Below, piece after piece: positions 8,639 through 18,656 of a stretch of DNA of 51,482 bases. The position numbers and the translations under genes are program-made. Every line of letters starts with the position of its first letter. The stretch's first letter is position 1. Location of the stretch: the sequence record DRR723986_9379. One strand, 5' to 3'. Under the pieces are notes generated by a model that searched no databases, was not told the DNA's origin, and worked only from the letters and a program-made list of their open reading frames with translations.

Positions 8639-8850
8639 ATGGGAAAATAGTTCCGACTTGAGGTCGGGGTAATAAAATTTAATTATTCAGGGATCAGTGT
8701 TCAGTTGGCAGGCCGATTACTGAACACTGCGCATTGAATACTTATTCAAATTCTCTAATAATATGCGCTTCAAACTCAATTCTTTACGGAAAATCTTTTA
8801 AATAGCTCGGATTTCAGGCTTCCCGAGTATAGAGTTTTTTATATCTTGCG

Positions 8851-9999
8851 GTGATGGAAAATTTCGTCGTTTCGGCAAGAAAATACAGACCGGCAGATTT
8901 TAAGAGCGTAGTAGGACAGCAGCATATCACGACCACGCTCCAGAATGCCATAAAAAACAATCACTTAGCTCAGGCTTTTTTGTTTTGTGGTCCACGTGGG
9001 GTGGGTAAGACTACCTGTGCGCGTATCCTTGCCAAGACAATCAACTGCGAAGATCTTCAGGCTGACTTCGAAGCTTGCGGTAAATGCGAATCCTGCGTTT
9101 CTTTCCAAAACAACAGTTCCTTCAATATCTACGAGCTCGATGCTGCTTCGAACAACTCCGTGGATGATATCCGTAATCTGGTAGATCAAGTACGCTATGC
9201 TCCGCAAAAAGGGCAGTATAAAGTCTATATCATTGATGAGGTTCACATGCTTTCCAATCAGGCTTTTAATGCCTTTTTGAAGACTTTGGAGGAGCCTCCT
9301 AAGTATGCCATTTTTATTTTGGCAACCACAGAGAAGCATAAAATTATCCCTACTATTCTTTCTCGTTGTCAGATTTTTGATTTCAATAGAATTCAGATCA
9401 AAGACATTTCGGGTCATTTGCAATATATCGCGGAAAAGGAAAAAGTGGATTATGAGGAAGAAGCGCTTAGACTTATTGCCACCAAAGCAGATGGCGCGCT
9501 TCGGGATGCACTTTCTATGTTTGATTTGATTGTGACTTATTCCGCTGGGAAAAAAGTGACCTATCATGAGACCATAGGAAATCTTCATATTCTGGATTAT
9601 GACTACTATTTCAAAGTTTTGGATGCTTTGGTCTCTGAGGATCTTTCTCAGGTTTTATTGATTTTTGACGAGATCCTGAAGAAAGGTTTTGATGGGCATA
9701 ATTTTATTGTTGGACTTTGCGAGCACTTACGTGACTTGTTAGTGGCCAAAGATCCTGCTACTATAGAATTGATAGAGGTGTCAGAGTCTGCTAAAGAACG
9801 CTATTTGCAACAAACAGAAGCGGCTTCTGCTTCATTTTTACTTTCTTCATTGAACATCGCAAATCAATGCGATATCCATTATAAGACTTCAAAGAATCAG
9901 CGCTTGCATGTGGAGTTGGCTCTGATGAAAATGGCGAAGCTTCCTCAAGCATTTCGCCTTTCTATGATGGCAGCAGAGGATGCAAAAAAAAAAGCCTGA
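8851..9999 (+). CDS. dnaX: DNA polymerase III subunit gamma/tau, N-terminal (gamma-length) reading frame
   Basis: SARKYRP, GPRGVGKTT, zinc-site cysteines, ELDAASNNSVDDIR, IIDEVHMLS and SRC motifs. Start is GTG 8851 or ATG 8854. Ends at the A10 run followed by GCC TGA. Confidence 0.97.
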   Translation: MMENFVVSARKYRPADFKSVVGQQHITTTLQNAIKNNHLAQAFLFCGPRGVGKTTCARILAKTINCEDLQADFEACGKCESCVSFQNNSSFNIYELDAASNNSVDDIRNLVDQVRYAPQKGQYKVYIIDEVHMLSNQAFNAFLKTLEEPPKYAIFILATTEKHKIIPTILSRCQIFDFNRIQIKDISGHLQYIAEKEKVDYEEEALRLIATKADGALRDALSMFDLIVTYSAGKKVTYHETIGNLHILDYDYYFKVLDALVSEDLSQVLLIFDEILKKGFDGHNFIVGLCEHLRDLLVAKDPATIELIEVSESAKERYLQQTEAASASFLLSSLNIANQCDIHYKTSKNQRLHVELALMKMAKLPQAFRLSMMAAEDAKKKA

Positions 10000-10574
10000 C
10001 AGGGGAAGCCCCTGAACCAGTAAAAGAATCAATTGCCTTACCCATATCTTCTAGTTCTGCAAAACCTAGCTCTTTGCATAAGACTATTTCTATTCCAAAA
10101 AACCTCGGGCATACCAAACAGTTAGCTGAGCAAAAGGCTAAAGATGAACTTATCCAAGCCAGATCTAAGGTAAGTGAAGAGGTCGTTGAAGTAGAAATTG
10201 AAGGGAGAGATCTTACTCAAAGTATCTTAGATGAAGTCTTTCCAAAGGTAAAAGAACATTTTCAGCAGCTTGGGAAAAGTATGGAATTGGCGATTCTAGG
10301 TGATTCTATTAAAATGAATTCTGATACGGTAATCCTTGAGGTGATGGGGCACGTGCAAGAAGAACTTGCATTGAAGATGAAGCCTGAATTAGTTCGAGTA
10401 GTCCGGGAATTTGGCTCAGTCAATCATTTTAAAGTAGAAATTGAAATAAAAGAAGAGCTGGAATCAGAACGGAACAAACTTTATACGAGCACCGATAAAT
10501 TCAATTTTTTAAAAGAAAAGCACGCTGCATTGGCAGAGTTTCAGCGTAGGTTTGGACTGGAAACAGATTTCTAA
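9984..10574 (+). CDS. dnaX: Probable DnaX tau C-terminal extension in the -1 frame (ORF track 10074-10574 extended back to the A10 run)
   Basis: The -1 frame is open from 9984 (KKKSLTGEAPEPVKESIALPISSSSAKPSSLHK...) to 10574. It has a Pro/Ser-rich linker and ends KLYTSTDKFNFLKEKHAALAEFQRRFGLE, resembling Bacteroidota DnaX C-termini. Confidence 0.8.
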   Translation, partial: KKKSLTGEAPEPVKESIALPISSSSAKPSSLHKTISIPKNLGHTKQLAEQKAKDELIQARSKVSEEVVEVEIEGRDLTQSILDEVFPKVKEHFQQLGKSMELAILGDSIKMNSDTVILEVMGHVQEELALKMKPELVRVVREFGSVNHFKVEIEIKEELESERNKLYTSTDKFNFLKEKHAALAEFQRRFGLETDF

Positions 10575-11563
10575 AAGTCAAGTGAAATCCCAAAGTTGAT
10601 TAGATTTTGCAGTTGCACTGCTTGTCTGGACGTCCCGTCATCTTGTTTGATAAACACCTCCTCATCATAGATTAGCACGGTTTCTATTCGAGTGGAAATA
10701 AATTTATTCACCTGCATTCTGATCACAGATTTGAAATTGACAACCATATTTCCAAATACCTCATAGTTTGAGAAAAGATTGATGTCAGATTTCCAGGTGA
10801 CATTTTTCATTAATTGGATGTCTGTCACAGAAGCCGCAAGCGAAACCCCAGCTTCAGCTCGAACATTTTCCCCTGGTACTACTCCGAATGCACCAGCGCG
10901 ACTCAGTGAATCATCCAATACAATCGTAAATCTACCTGTGAAAGGGGAGAGTATTACCGAAAGCTTACTTTTGTCTTTATAGGTTTTTCGGTAGTTAAGA
11001 CCCGTGGAAGATTGTACATAGCCAGGAGAAAGTAAGTCGGATATTTTTGTTCGGATTTCCACATCACTTCCCGCTGGTCTGGAAAATTTGTAACCAGCAA
11101 GCAGCTGTGTCCTTGCATCTAATTGAGTGGATAAGTAGAAAAATTCAGAAAGCTCCCGACCATAATTACTGACAAAAGTGAAGTTATCATTAGTTTTTCT
11201 GGTTTTGAAATCTCTATCATCTTGTCGGTTGAACCCAAGACTTACAGTAAGCTGAGTATCCCAAACCTTATTATCTTTTTTGTAATTAGCATAAAGAGTC
11301 AAGCCGGAGTTCATTGCAAAAGTACTTGCGCCACCCGCAGCCCAATTTGACAAAGTGACTTGCTGAATATTTAGGTTATAATTGCCTCCTGTTTTCCAGA
11401 AAATTTCCTTTACTGGCTCTTCTACAAATAGTGAATCTCCAAGCATCAATAAAGTATCTCCATTAATGAGGACAGTATCAGGAATGTATTGCCTGTCCTG
11501 AGCCTGCAAAGTTTGGCCGAGGCATACTAGAAGTAATCCAAAAATTAGGAGATATTTTGACAT
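10571..11563 (-). CDS. DUF3078-family outer membrane beta-barrel protein
   Basis: Signal peptide, QVTLSNWAAGG motif, RKTNDNF, C-terminal Phe. Confidence 0.85.
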   Translation of the reverse strand: MSKYLLIFGLLLVCLGQTLQAQDRQYIPDTVLINGDTLLMLGDSLFVEEPVKEIFWKTGGNYNLNIQQVTLSNWAAGGASTFAMNSGLTLYANYKKDNKVWDTQLTVSLGFNRQDDRDFKTRKTNDNFTFVSNYGRELSEFFYLSTQLDARTQLLAGYKFSRPAGSDVEIRTKISDLLSPGYVQSSTGLNYRKTYKDKSKLSVILSPFTGRFTIVLDDSLSRAGAFGVVPGENVRAEAGVSLAASVTDIQLMKNVTWKSDINLFSNYEVFGNMVVNFKSVIRMQVNKFISTRIETVLIYDEEVFIKQDDGTSRQAVQLQNLINFGISLDF

Positions 11564-11587
11564 TTAAAAAGCGTGGATGATTGCAAT

Positions 11588-13180
11588 TTAAGGGCGGAAG
11601 ATAACCAATTTCTGCCCTATGGATATGATGTTTTGAGCTCCAATATTGTTCCAGCTTTTCAACTGGTTGACAGTCACTCCGTATTTCTTACTTATAGCAA
11701 ATAGTGTGTCTCCACTGGAAACAGTATGTGTTATTTTTGAGGTTGAAGAAGTAGTGTTATTAGGGGCGGAAGTATTAATAGCCGGTTGATTAGTGGTAGG
11801 AATAGTCGATACCTCTGATGCCATAACTTCTCTGGTTGGTGCTGGGTTATTGATTTTCACCATCGGAATATCCTCTCCACGTTTTCTATGCTCTTGAAGG
11901 TTTAGTACCATTCCAACTTTCAAGTCTCTGTCTTTTCTGATTCGGTTCTTAGACTTCAGTGCAGAAAGTTTGATTCCGTATTTCTGAGAAATGCTCCACA
12001 GGGTCTCTCCTGAGCGAACGATATGTGTAGCGACTTCAGCACTTGCATTCTTTTTTTCGGTGTAATAATACTCTCCAGCTTCGATACGCTCCCCTTTATC
12101 TAGGTCATTTAGCCTTCTCAATTTATTTTCTCTAATACCCACTCGATCTGAGAATGTACTTTGTGTAGTGGATTGAGCAGCTTGTACACCATCAAGATTG
12201 TTCACGGTAATCTGGTCTGGCTGTGAAGCTTTGGTCGTGTTTCCAGAGATTCTCGGGAAGGAATTAGCTTGTTGATATGAAGATGAAGTAGAAGTAGTGG
12301 TGGAGTTAGAACTTTGGGTAACAGGTTTCGATTCGGTGATGATTGCCTGCTGAATCGGTGCTGATCCATCACGTACATATACTACAGTATAAACTCTGTC
12401 GCCTGGGATTTTTCCGTTTTTAGTCCAGAGATTATATTCTTCTAAATGCTTTTCTGTCACCCCATACTTCTTGGCCAAAGCAGCCAGAGTGGTAGGCCCT
12501 TGAACTCGCTCTTCCACCATGTATTGACCACTGCTGGTAAATGAGGTGGTTTGGCTTCCAAAAGCGATTTTGTGAGCCAAGAATTTTTTAAAATACCAAT
12601 GTGTATTTCGGTCTACATCTACGATCTGCTTGCCATTGTATTGAGTCCCAAAATAGGCTTTCGCTCCTCCCAAACCCATTTGGTAAGAAACCAAAGCGCA
12701 CATCCAGTTGTCGAAGGTGTTATTATGCTTCTGTAAATAGAGTGCAGCTCCTTTAGTTGATGAGACAATATTTTTTCGATCATCGATTTGGTTATCTACT
12801 CTTAGAAAAACCTCCTCTGCTGTTCCTTGCTTAAACTGCCAAAAACCAACTGCATTAGAAGTAGAAACAGCATCTCCGATCAGACTACTTTCTTGAATAG
12901 CAAGGTATTTTAGATCTACAGGTACGCCTGCATTCCGAAGTTCCCGCTCGATAATCGGCATATATAAATTGACTCTATCCTGCTTTACTTTGAAATAGGA
13001 AGGATTTCTGTATTGTGCATCTACGTCAAGCTGGATTTCACGTCTAGCCTGGGGATTTATTCGTACGATTAGATCTGCAAACTCCAATTCCGCAGGTACT
13101 TGCGGTATTTGGGCCATGGACTCTTGGCCAAAAAACACTAGCAGGATGAAAAGAAGGTAAGGGGTACTGTTGATTTTCAT
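11588..13180 (-). CDS. LysM-repeat lytic transglycosylase (MltD-like)
   Basis: SLT motifs YLAIQESS and AVGFWQF; LysM domains HIVRSGETLWSISQKYG and HTVSSGDTLFAISKKYG. Confidence 0.9.
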   Translation of the reverse strand: MKINSTPYLLFILLVFFGQESMAQIPQVPAELEFADLIVRINPQARREIQLDVDAQYRNPSYFKVKQDRVNLYMPIIERELRNAGVPVDLKYLAIQESSLIGDAVSTSNAVGFWQFKQGTAEEVFLRVDNQIDDRKNIVSSTKGAALYLQKHNNTFDNWMCALVSYQMGLGGAKAYFGTQYNGKQIVDVDRNTHWYFKKFLAHKIAFGSQTTSFTSSGQYMVEERVQGPTTLAALAKKYGVTEKHLEEYNLWTKNGKIPGDRVYTVVYVRDGSAPIQQAIITESKPVTQSSNSTTTSTSSSYQQANSFPRISGNTTKASQPDQITVNNLDGVQAAQSTTQSTFSDRVGIRENKLRRLNDLDKGERIEAGEYYYTEKKNASAEVATHIVRSGETLWSISQKYGIKLSALKSKNRIRKDRDLKVGMVLNLQEHRKRGEDIPMVKINNPAPTREVMASEVSTIPTTNQPAINTSAPNNTTSSTSKITHTVSSGDTLFAISKKYGVTVNQLKSWNNIGAQNIISIGQKLVIFRP

Positions 13181-13246
13181 TCGAAAAAGGCTTTCATCAT
13201 CGATTCTGACTCATTTTAGCAAAAATGATTCCCCTTTTCGTTTCGG

Positions 13247-13891
13247 CTAGATTTTTCTTGCAATCATTACTCCATCTCGAATTGGGAGAAGTGCGTTTTC
13301 GACTCTTGGGTCGTTTTGAACCATCGCATTGAAGTCCAATAAAGCTTGGGTGTCCTTGTCTATTTTCTTGCCTTTCTCGACTAGGATTTTACCTGACCAA
13401 AGCACATTGTCTGCAAGGATAATCCCTCCAGGATTCATCTTATTGATGATCAAGTCGTAGTACTTTCCATAATTGATTTTGTCAGCGTCAATAAACACCA
13501 TGTCAAAAGGGCCCGTAAGTTCAGGTATAATTTCGAGCGCATTTCCCAGTCGGTAATCGATTTGATTAGCCAGGCCACTTTCTTCAAAAAAGCCACGGAC
13601 CATCGTCTCCAGCTCATCATTGATGTCCAGCGTAATTAACTTTCCACCTTTTTTCAATCCTCTAGCTAGGCAGATCCCTGAATAGCCAGTGTAAGTGCCA
13701 ATTTCAAGAATAGTTTTTGGATTTTGCATTTTGGCGAAAAGTTCCAGCATTTTCCCTTGCAAATGTCCGGAGATCATCCGGGGCATCATCACTTTTGCCT
13801 GCGTTTCACGTGTGATTTTTTGAAGCAGAAGATCTTCCTCACTGCTGTGATTTTCACAATAGGTTAAAAGAGCTGGATCGATAAATTCCAT
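13247..13891 (-). CDS. SAM-dependent O-methyltransferase (COMT/CCoAOMT family)
   Basis: LEIGTYTGYS, FDMVFIDADK and ADNVLWSG motifs. Confidence 0.92.
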   Translation of the reverse strand: MEFIDPALLTYCENHSSEEDLLLQKITRETQAKVMMPRMISGHLQGKMLELFAKMQNPKTILEIGTYTGYSGICLARGLKKGGKLITLDINDELETMVRGFFEESGLANQIDYRLGNALEIIPELTGPFDMVFIDADKINYGKYYDLIINKMNPGGIILADNVLWSGKILVEKGKKIDKDTQALLDFNAMVQNDPRVENALLPIRDGVMIARKI

Positions 13892-13893
13892 AA

Positions 13894-15123
13894 TTATTGG
13901 GGAGTGTAAGTTAGGAAAGTAAGCTGATCAGGATTGAAGATTTCTTCGGCGATTCCCTGGATTTCTGCTGCTGTGGTATTTTTGATCTGGGTGAATATTT
14001 TGTCCAAAGGATCTACTTTTCCATGATCCAGGAGACTTTTTCCATACACTAGCATCAAGGCGGAGTAATTTTCCTCAGCCATCGCCATTTGGCCAATTGC
14101 CTGTTCTTTTGCCATGTGAAGCTGTAGGGTCCCTAGTCTGGTATTAGCTAATTTGCTCATTTCTTTTAAAACCAGTGCTTGTGCTTTTTTCAGCGTTTTT
14201 CCCTCGGTACCAAAGTATATTCCAAAAAATCCTATGTCTGAAAAAGGCTGATAACTGGACTCTATACTATATACATAACCATGTTTTTCCCGAAGCATCA
14301 GGTTAAGACGGCTATTCATACTTGGCCCACCCAGGATATTATTGAGCAGGTAAAGTTTGAATCGATTAGGATCGTAAAGGGAAAATGCCGGTCGTCCAAT
14401 TGCACAAAGGGACTGGCTGATATCTCGTTCCTGCGTTTTCACTTTGGGTACATAGTTGTTGAATCCATTTCTGACATAGAGACTTCTCTTCGTCTGGATT
14501 TGGGATAAAGGAGTCTCAATTCCCTTTAGAACTTTTTGGAAGGAGATATTCCCAACGACTGAGAAGATAAGTCTGGAAGTGTCCAAACGAGTGGAAATGA
14601 AATCAAAGAAATCCTGCTGAGTAAAGCTTCCGACGGTTTGCTCTGTACCCAAGATGTTTCTTCCCAGTGCATGATTCTCAAAAACCAATTCGTCGAGCTC
14701 ATCCTGAATCGCATCATCTGGAGAATCCCGGTACATTGCCATTTCTTCCAAGATAACTTGCCGCTCTTTTTCTATCTGCTTTTCCGGGAATGTGCTGTTG
14801 AAAGTGATGTCAAAAAGTAATTCGGACGCTTTGCCATAATGCTCCTTTAATGTTGATGCATAGAAGCATACTTTTTCTTTGGTGGTATAGGCGTTAAGTT
14901 CTCCGCCGAGCGATTCCAGGCGATTAAGAATATGGAAGGTTTTACGCTTCTGTGTGCCCTTGAAAGCCATGTGCTCCCAGAAATGAGCCAGACCTTCTTG
15001 CTCTTTGGTCTCATCTCTACTTCCTATATCTAATATAAATCCGCAGTGAACTAGTCTGGTATGGGTAACTTCCTGATGGACAATCCGAATGCCGTTACTA
15101 AGTTCTTTGATGTTTAATTCCAT
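13894..15123 (-). CDS. M16-family zinc peptidase
   Basis: Inverted zincin motif HFWEH, LNAYTTKE, LGGPSMNSRL. Confidence 0.92.
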   Translation of the reverse strand: MELNIKELSNGIRIVHQEVTHTRLVHCGFILDIGSRDETKEQEGLAHFWEHMAFKGTQKRKTFHILNRLESLGGELNAYTTKEKVCFYASTLKEHYGKASELLFDITFNSTFPEKQIEKERQVILEEMAMYRDSPDDAIQDELDELVFENHALGRNILGTEQTVGSFTQQDFFDFISTRLDTSRLIFSVVGNISFQKVLKGIETPLSQIQTKRSLYVRNGFNNYVPKVKTQERDISQSLCAIGRPAFSLYDPNRFKLYLLNNILGGPSMNSRLNLMLREKHGYVYSIESSYQPFSDIGFFGIYFGTEGKTLKKAQALVLKEMSKLANTRLGTLQLHMAKEQAIGQMAMAEENYSALMLVYGKSLLDHGKVDPLDKIFTQIKNTTAAEIQGIAEEIFNPDQLTFLTYTPQ

Positions 15124-15243
15124 GCTTTAATTTACCCTGTCGGTAATATACAAAGTAAAGCAGGAAAATGGTTCCAGAGGAATTTCAAACCTAATTTTCA
15201 CCTGAGAATTTGTAACTTTCCAACTCAGAAGAATAAGAATAAT

Positions 15244-16536
15244 ATGAAATACCAACCTCTTTCCAGTTCTCTATACATTAAGAATCGTGAGAAATTTTGC
15301 TACAAACTTGCTGAAAGTAGCGTCGCGATTTTTAATTCGAATGACATCATGCCTACCAACGCAGACGGAACCATGCGCTTTCGTCAGAATAATGATTTGT
15401 TTTACCTGACAGGTATAGATCAGGAAGAAACAATATTACTCGTCGCGCCGGATTGCCCAAACCCTACTATGAGAGAAGTCCTGTTTCTACGTGAAACAAA
15501 CGAGCATATCGCTATCTGGGAAGGGCACAAGTATACAAAAGAGGAGGCTGAAGCTACATCTGGAATCAAAAATATTCAGTGGCTAAGCAATTTTGATCAG
15601 GTGTTTAATACCGTTATGGCGCTTAGCTGCAATGTCTATCTGAATACGAATGAACATCTGCGAGCAGGTGTGGTGGTGGAAACTCAGGATGCTAGATTTA
15701 TAAAAGAATGCAAGGAGAAATTTCCGCTGCATAATTATCATCGATCAGCGCCAATAATGCACGAGCTGAGAGGAGTGAAGGAAAAGGAGGAAATTGACCA
15801 GCTACAGATAGCTTGTGACATTACTGAGAAAGGCTTTAGAAGAATCTTGTCTTTCGTAAAACCAGGAGTTACTGAATATGAGATAGAAGCAGAGTATCTG
15901 CATGAGTTTGTGAGAAACCGAAGTAATGGCTTTGCGTACCAGCCTATCATCGCCTCCGGAGCTTCTGCTTGTGTGCTTCATTACATTGAAAATCACAAAG
16001 AATGTCTTGCGGGAGAATTACTTCTCATGGACGTAGGTGCAGAATATGGTAATTACAATGCCGATATGACGCGTACCATTCCAGTGAGTGGGAGATTTAC
16101 AGAGCGACAACGAGCAGTTTATGATGCTGTTTTAAGAGTGCAAAAAGAAGCTGCTAATATTCTAAGAATCGGTACAAACATTCAGGATTACCACAAAGAA
16201 GTAGGATTGATCATGCAAAGTGAATTGGTTGGCTTAGGTCTGATTGATCAAACTGACATTAAAAATCAAGATCCAGCTTGGCCTGCTTATAAAAAGTACT
16301 TTATGCATGGTACTTCCCATCATTTGGGACTGGATGTGCATGATGTTGGGACGATGCATGGGCCGATTAAACCAGGAATGGTGTTTACAGTAGAACCAGG
16401 GATCTATATTCAGGAAGAAGGTTTAGGTATCAGATTGGAAAATAACATCGTAATTAAGGAAGAAAAAGGTTATTTCGACCTGATGCGTAATATTCCAATA
16501 GAAGCTGAGGAAATCGAAGATTTGATGAATAGTTAA
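15244..16536 (+). CDS. pepP: Xaa-Pro aminopeptidase (M24B)
   Basis: FRQNNDLFYLTG N-domain; DVGAE, DMTRT, HHLGLDVHD and TVEPG metal-ligand motifs. Confidence 0.9.
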   Translation: MKYQPLSSSLYIKNREKFCYKLAESSVAIFNSNDIMPTNADGTMRFRQNNDLFYLTGIDQEETILLVAPDCPNPTMREVLFLRETNEHIAIWEGHKYTKEEAEATSGIKNIQWLSNFDQVFNTVMALSCNVYLNTNEHLRAGVVVETQDARFIKECKEKFPLHNYHRSAPIMHELRGVKEKEEIDQLQIACDITEKGFRRILSFVKPGVTEYEIEAEYLHEFVRNRSNGFAYQPIIASGASACVLHYIENHKECLAGELLLMDVGAEYGNYNADMTRTIPVSGRFTERQRAVYDAVLRVQKEAANILRIGTNIQDYHKEVGLIMQSELVGLGLIDQTDIKNQDPAWPAYKKYFMHGTSHHLGLDVHDVGTMHGPIKPGMVFTVEPGIYIQEEGLGIRLENNIVIKEEKGYFDLMRNIPIEAEEIEDLMNS

Positions 16537-16563
16537 TTGGATTTTTACACCAAAACCCACCAA

Positions 16564-16606
16564 AACAAAAAAGCTTTACCTAGTTAATAGGTAAAGCTTT
16601 TTTGTT
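16564..16606. terminator. Bidirectional intrinsic terminator
   Basis: Perfect inverted repeat AACAAAAAAGCTTTACCTA-gttaa-TAGGTAAAGCTTTTTTGTT between convergent genes. Confidence 0.88.
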
Positions 16607-16620
16607 GTTAAAATCTGAAT

Positions 16621-16998
16621 TTAATCGTTCGGATAAGGTATGTACACAAAACTAGTAAATGCTCCATCCATCACAAACAAGCAGCAGAATTCGTCTGGAT
16701 CTTTATAAGCTTTTTCGAAGTCTGGAAGAGATTCTTCAGCGATTAATTTGCGTTGAACAAATTCGTCCACATAGGTCATGAAGTAATTCCAATCCAAACC
16801 TTTTTCTTCTTTTCCCACAAAGATTTTACCGATAGGCTGCATCTCTTTTGATATTGGGAAAATTGGGTAATTAGAGAATTTTCTGTCTCTGATTTGATAG
16901 GAAGCTTCTTTCAAAGCGTCCGATATTTTTATGAAATCAGCGGTAATTGTTCCTAAGTATTTGCCGCTAAGTTCTGGATCATTGAAATCTGAAATCAT
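16621..16998 (-). CDS. Hypothetical protein
   Basis: 125 aa; ATGA overlap with the rlmD stop; followed by the terminator. Confidence 0.8.
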   Translation of the reverse strand: MISDFNDPELSGKYLGTITADFIKISDALKEASYQIRDRKFSNYPIFPISKEMQPIGKIFVGKEEKGLDWNYFMTYVDEFVQRKLIAEESLPDFEKAYKDPDEFCCLFVMDGAFTSFVYIPYPND

Positions 16999-18401
16999 GA
17001 TTTTAAAGTTAAGAGTACGACATTTTCTACGTGATAGGTTTGTGGAAACATATCCACTGGCTGGATTTTTTCCACCTTATATTTTTCTCCTAAAAGAGCC
17101 ACATCCCTTGCCTGTGTGGCGGGGTTACAAGAAACGTAAACAATCTTGGGAGCGTTCAGTCTCAAAAGCATCTGAACTACCTTCTCATCCATTCCAGCAC
17201 GAGGAGGATCGGTGATGATCAGATCCGGTGCGGCATGATTTGCGATGAATTCATCGTTTAGCATGTCTTTCATATCGCCGGCATAGAATAGGGTGTTGTC
17301 GATACCGTTGATCTGGGAATTGATTTTCGCATCCTCGATCGCCGCAGGTACATATTCAATTCCGATCACTTGTTTCGCCTTTTTCGCCACGAAATTAGCG
17401 ATAGTACCCGTTCCGGTATACAGATCATAAACCACTTCATCTCCTTGCAAATCAGCAAAATCACGTGCGACCTTGTACAATTCGTAAGCTTGCTCAGAGT
17501 TGGTTTGGTAGAAAGATTTTGGTCCGATTCGAAATTTCAAGCCTTCCATTTCTTCTTCGATAAAGTCATTTCCTGCGAAAGTCACCAAATCCAAATCATG
17601 GAAAGTCTCATTTCCTTTGGTATTGATCACGTAAAGTAGTGAAGTGATCTCAGGGAATTTCTGATTCAGAAACTCCATCACTTTTTGAATTCCTTCCGGA
17701 TCATTTTCGCCAAACTGTACAATCACCATGGATTGATCTGTACTGGTTGTTCGGATGATGAGATTGCGAAGAAGTCCAACTTGATTTCTAATGTCGTAGA
17801 AACTTAGGTTGTTCGCTAGCGCAAATGTTCTCAGCTCATTCCTGACGTCATTCGAGATATTTCCCTGTAAGTAGCAGTGATCTACATCCACGATCTTATC
17901 AAACATCTTTGGGATATGAAAACCAAGTGCATTTCGGTCAAAATCTTCTCCCGACTGGATTTGCTCTATGGTCAGCCACTTCTTGTTTGAGAAGGTAAAG
18001 TCTAGCTTATTTCTGTAGTATTTGGTTTTTTCTGAACCTAGCGTTGGCCACACTTCAGGGATTTCCACTTTGGCTATACGCTGAAATTGGTCCAAAACCT
18101 GCTGACGCTTGTAGGTTTTCTGCAAGTCATAATTAATGTGTTGCCACTTGCAGCCGCCGCAAGTCCCAAAATGTGGGCAGAAAGGCTCAATTCTTTCTTT
18201 TGAATACTCGTGGAATTTGACTGGTTCGCCTTCCATAAAGGAGCTTTTTCCCTTGGTGATTCTCACATCTACCACATCTCCAGGAGCAACGCCTGTTACA
18301 AAAACCACTTTTTCTTCGTGATGTCCCAAACATTTTCCCTCCGAAGCAATACGTTCGATGAGTAGGTTGGTAATCACTTTATTTTTCATTTTTCGCGACA
18401 T
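16995..18401 (-). CDS. rlmD: 23S rRNA (uracil-C5)-methyltransferase RlmD
   Basis: TRAM domain, CPHFGTCGGC Fe-S motif, SFYQTN, DPPRAG, YVSCNP and DMFPQTYHVE. Likely start is ATG 18401 rather than the track's 18431. Confidence 0.93.
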   Translation of the reverse strand: MSRKMKNKVITNLLIERIASEGKCLGHHEEKVVFVTGVAPGDVVDVRITKGKSSFMEGEPVKFHEYSKERIEPFCPHFGTCGGCKWQHINYDLQKTYKRQQVLDQFQRIAKVEIPEVWPTLGSEKTKYYRNKLDFTFSNKKWLTIEQIQSGEDFDRNALGFHIPKMFDKIVDVDHCYLQGNISNDVRNELRTFALANNLSFYDIRNQVGLLRNLIIRTTSTDQSMVIVQFGENDPEGIQKVMEFLNQKFPEITSLLYVINTKGNETFHDLDLVTFAGNDFIEEEMEGLKFRIGPKSFYQTNSEQAYELYKVARDFADLQGDEVVYDLYTGTGTIANFVAKKAKQVIGIEYVPAAIEDAKINSQINGIDNTLFYAGDMKDMLNDEFIANHAAPDLIITDPPRAGMDEKVVQMLLRLNAPKIVYVSCNPATQARDVALLGEKYKVEKIQPVDMFPQTYHVENVVLLTLKS

Positions 18402-18406
18402 GGGCG

Positions 18407-18414
18407 CAAAATTA
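18407..18414 (-). promoter_or_regulatory. -7 promoter element for rlmD
   Basis: TAATTTTG on the minus strand, 5 nt before ATG 18401. Confidence 0.6.
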
Positions 18415-18640
18415 GGGAATTTTGGCTGCAATAAGGAATATCAGATCTAACTTGAATTTTATCTCGTACTTAAAATTTCTACTGCCCATTAAAAAACAAT
18501 CCATTAGAAAACTTAAAAATGGAAATTTTGGTTAGAACTTGTTCGGTAGGAAAATCCCTAATTGGTTGAGCTTTTGATAAAAGTCAATTTTCGAAGTTTT
18601 TTCGATACTCGGACTTGAAATTTAAAAAATACAAATTCTG

Positions 18641-18648
18641 TATCTTTG
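18641..18648 (+). promoter_or_regulatory. -7 promoter element for the SDR gene
   Basis: TATCTTTG, 8 nt before ATG 18657. Confidence 0.65.
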
Positions 18649-18656
18649 CACGATCA

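Noticed and set aside
8965-9588. 207-aa antisense ORF inside dnaX
   Set aside because: Shadow ORF of a conserved gene with no recognisable motifs.
10074-10574. Stand-alone 166-aa hypothetical gene
   Set aside because: Weak TTG start, and the frame is open back to the dnaX A10 run; better explained as the tau C-terminus.
12270-12320. GAAGTA-type short repeats in the mltD-like gene
   Set aside because: They encode an ordinary Ser/Thr-rich linker.
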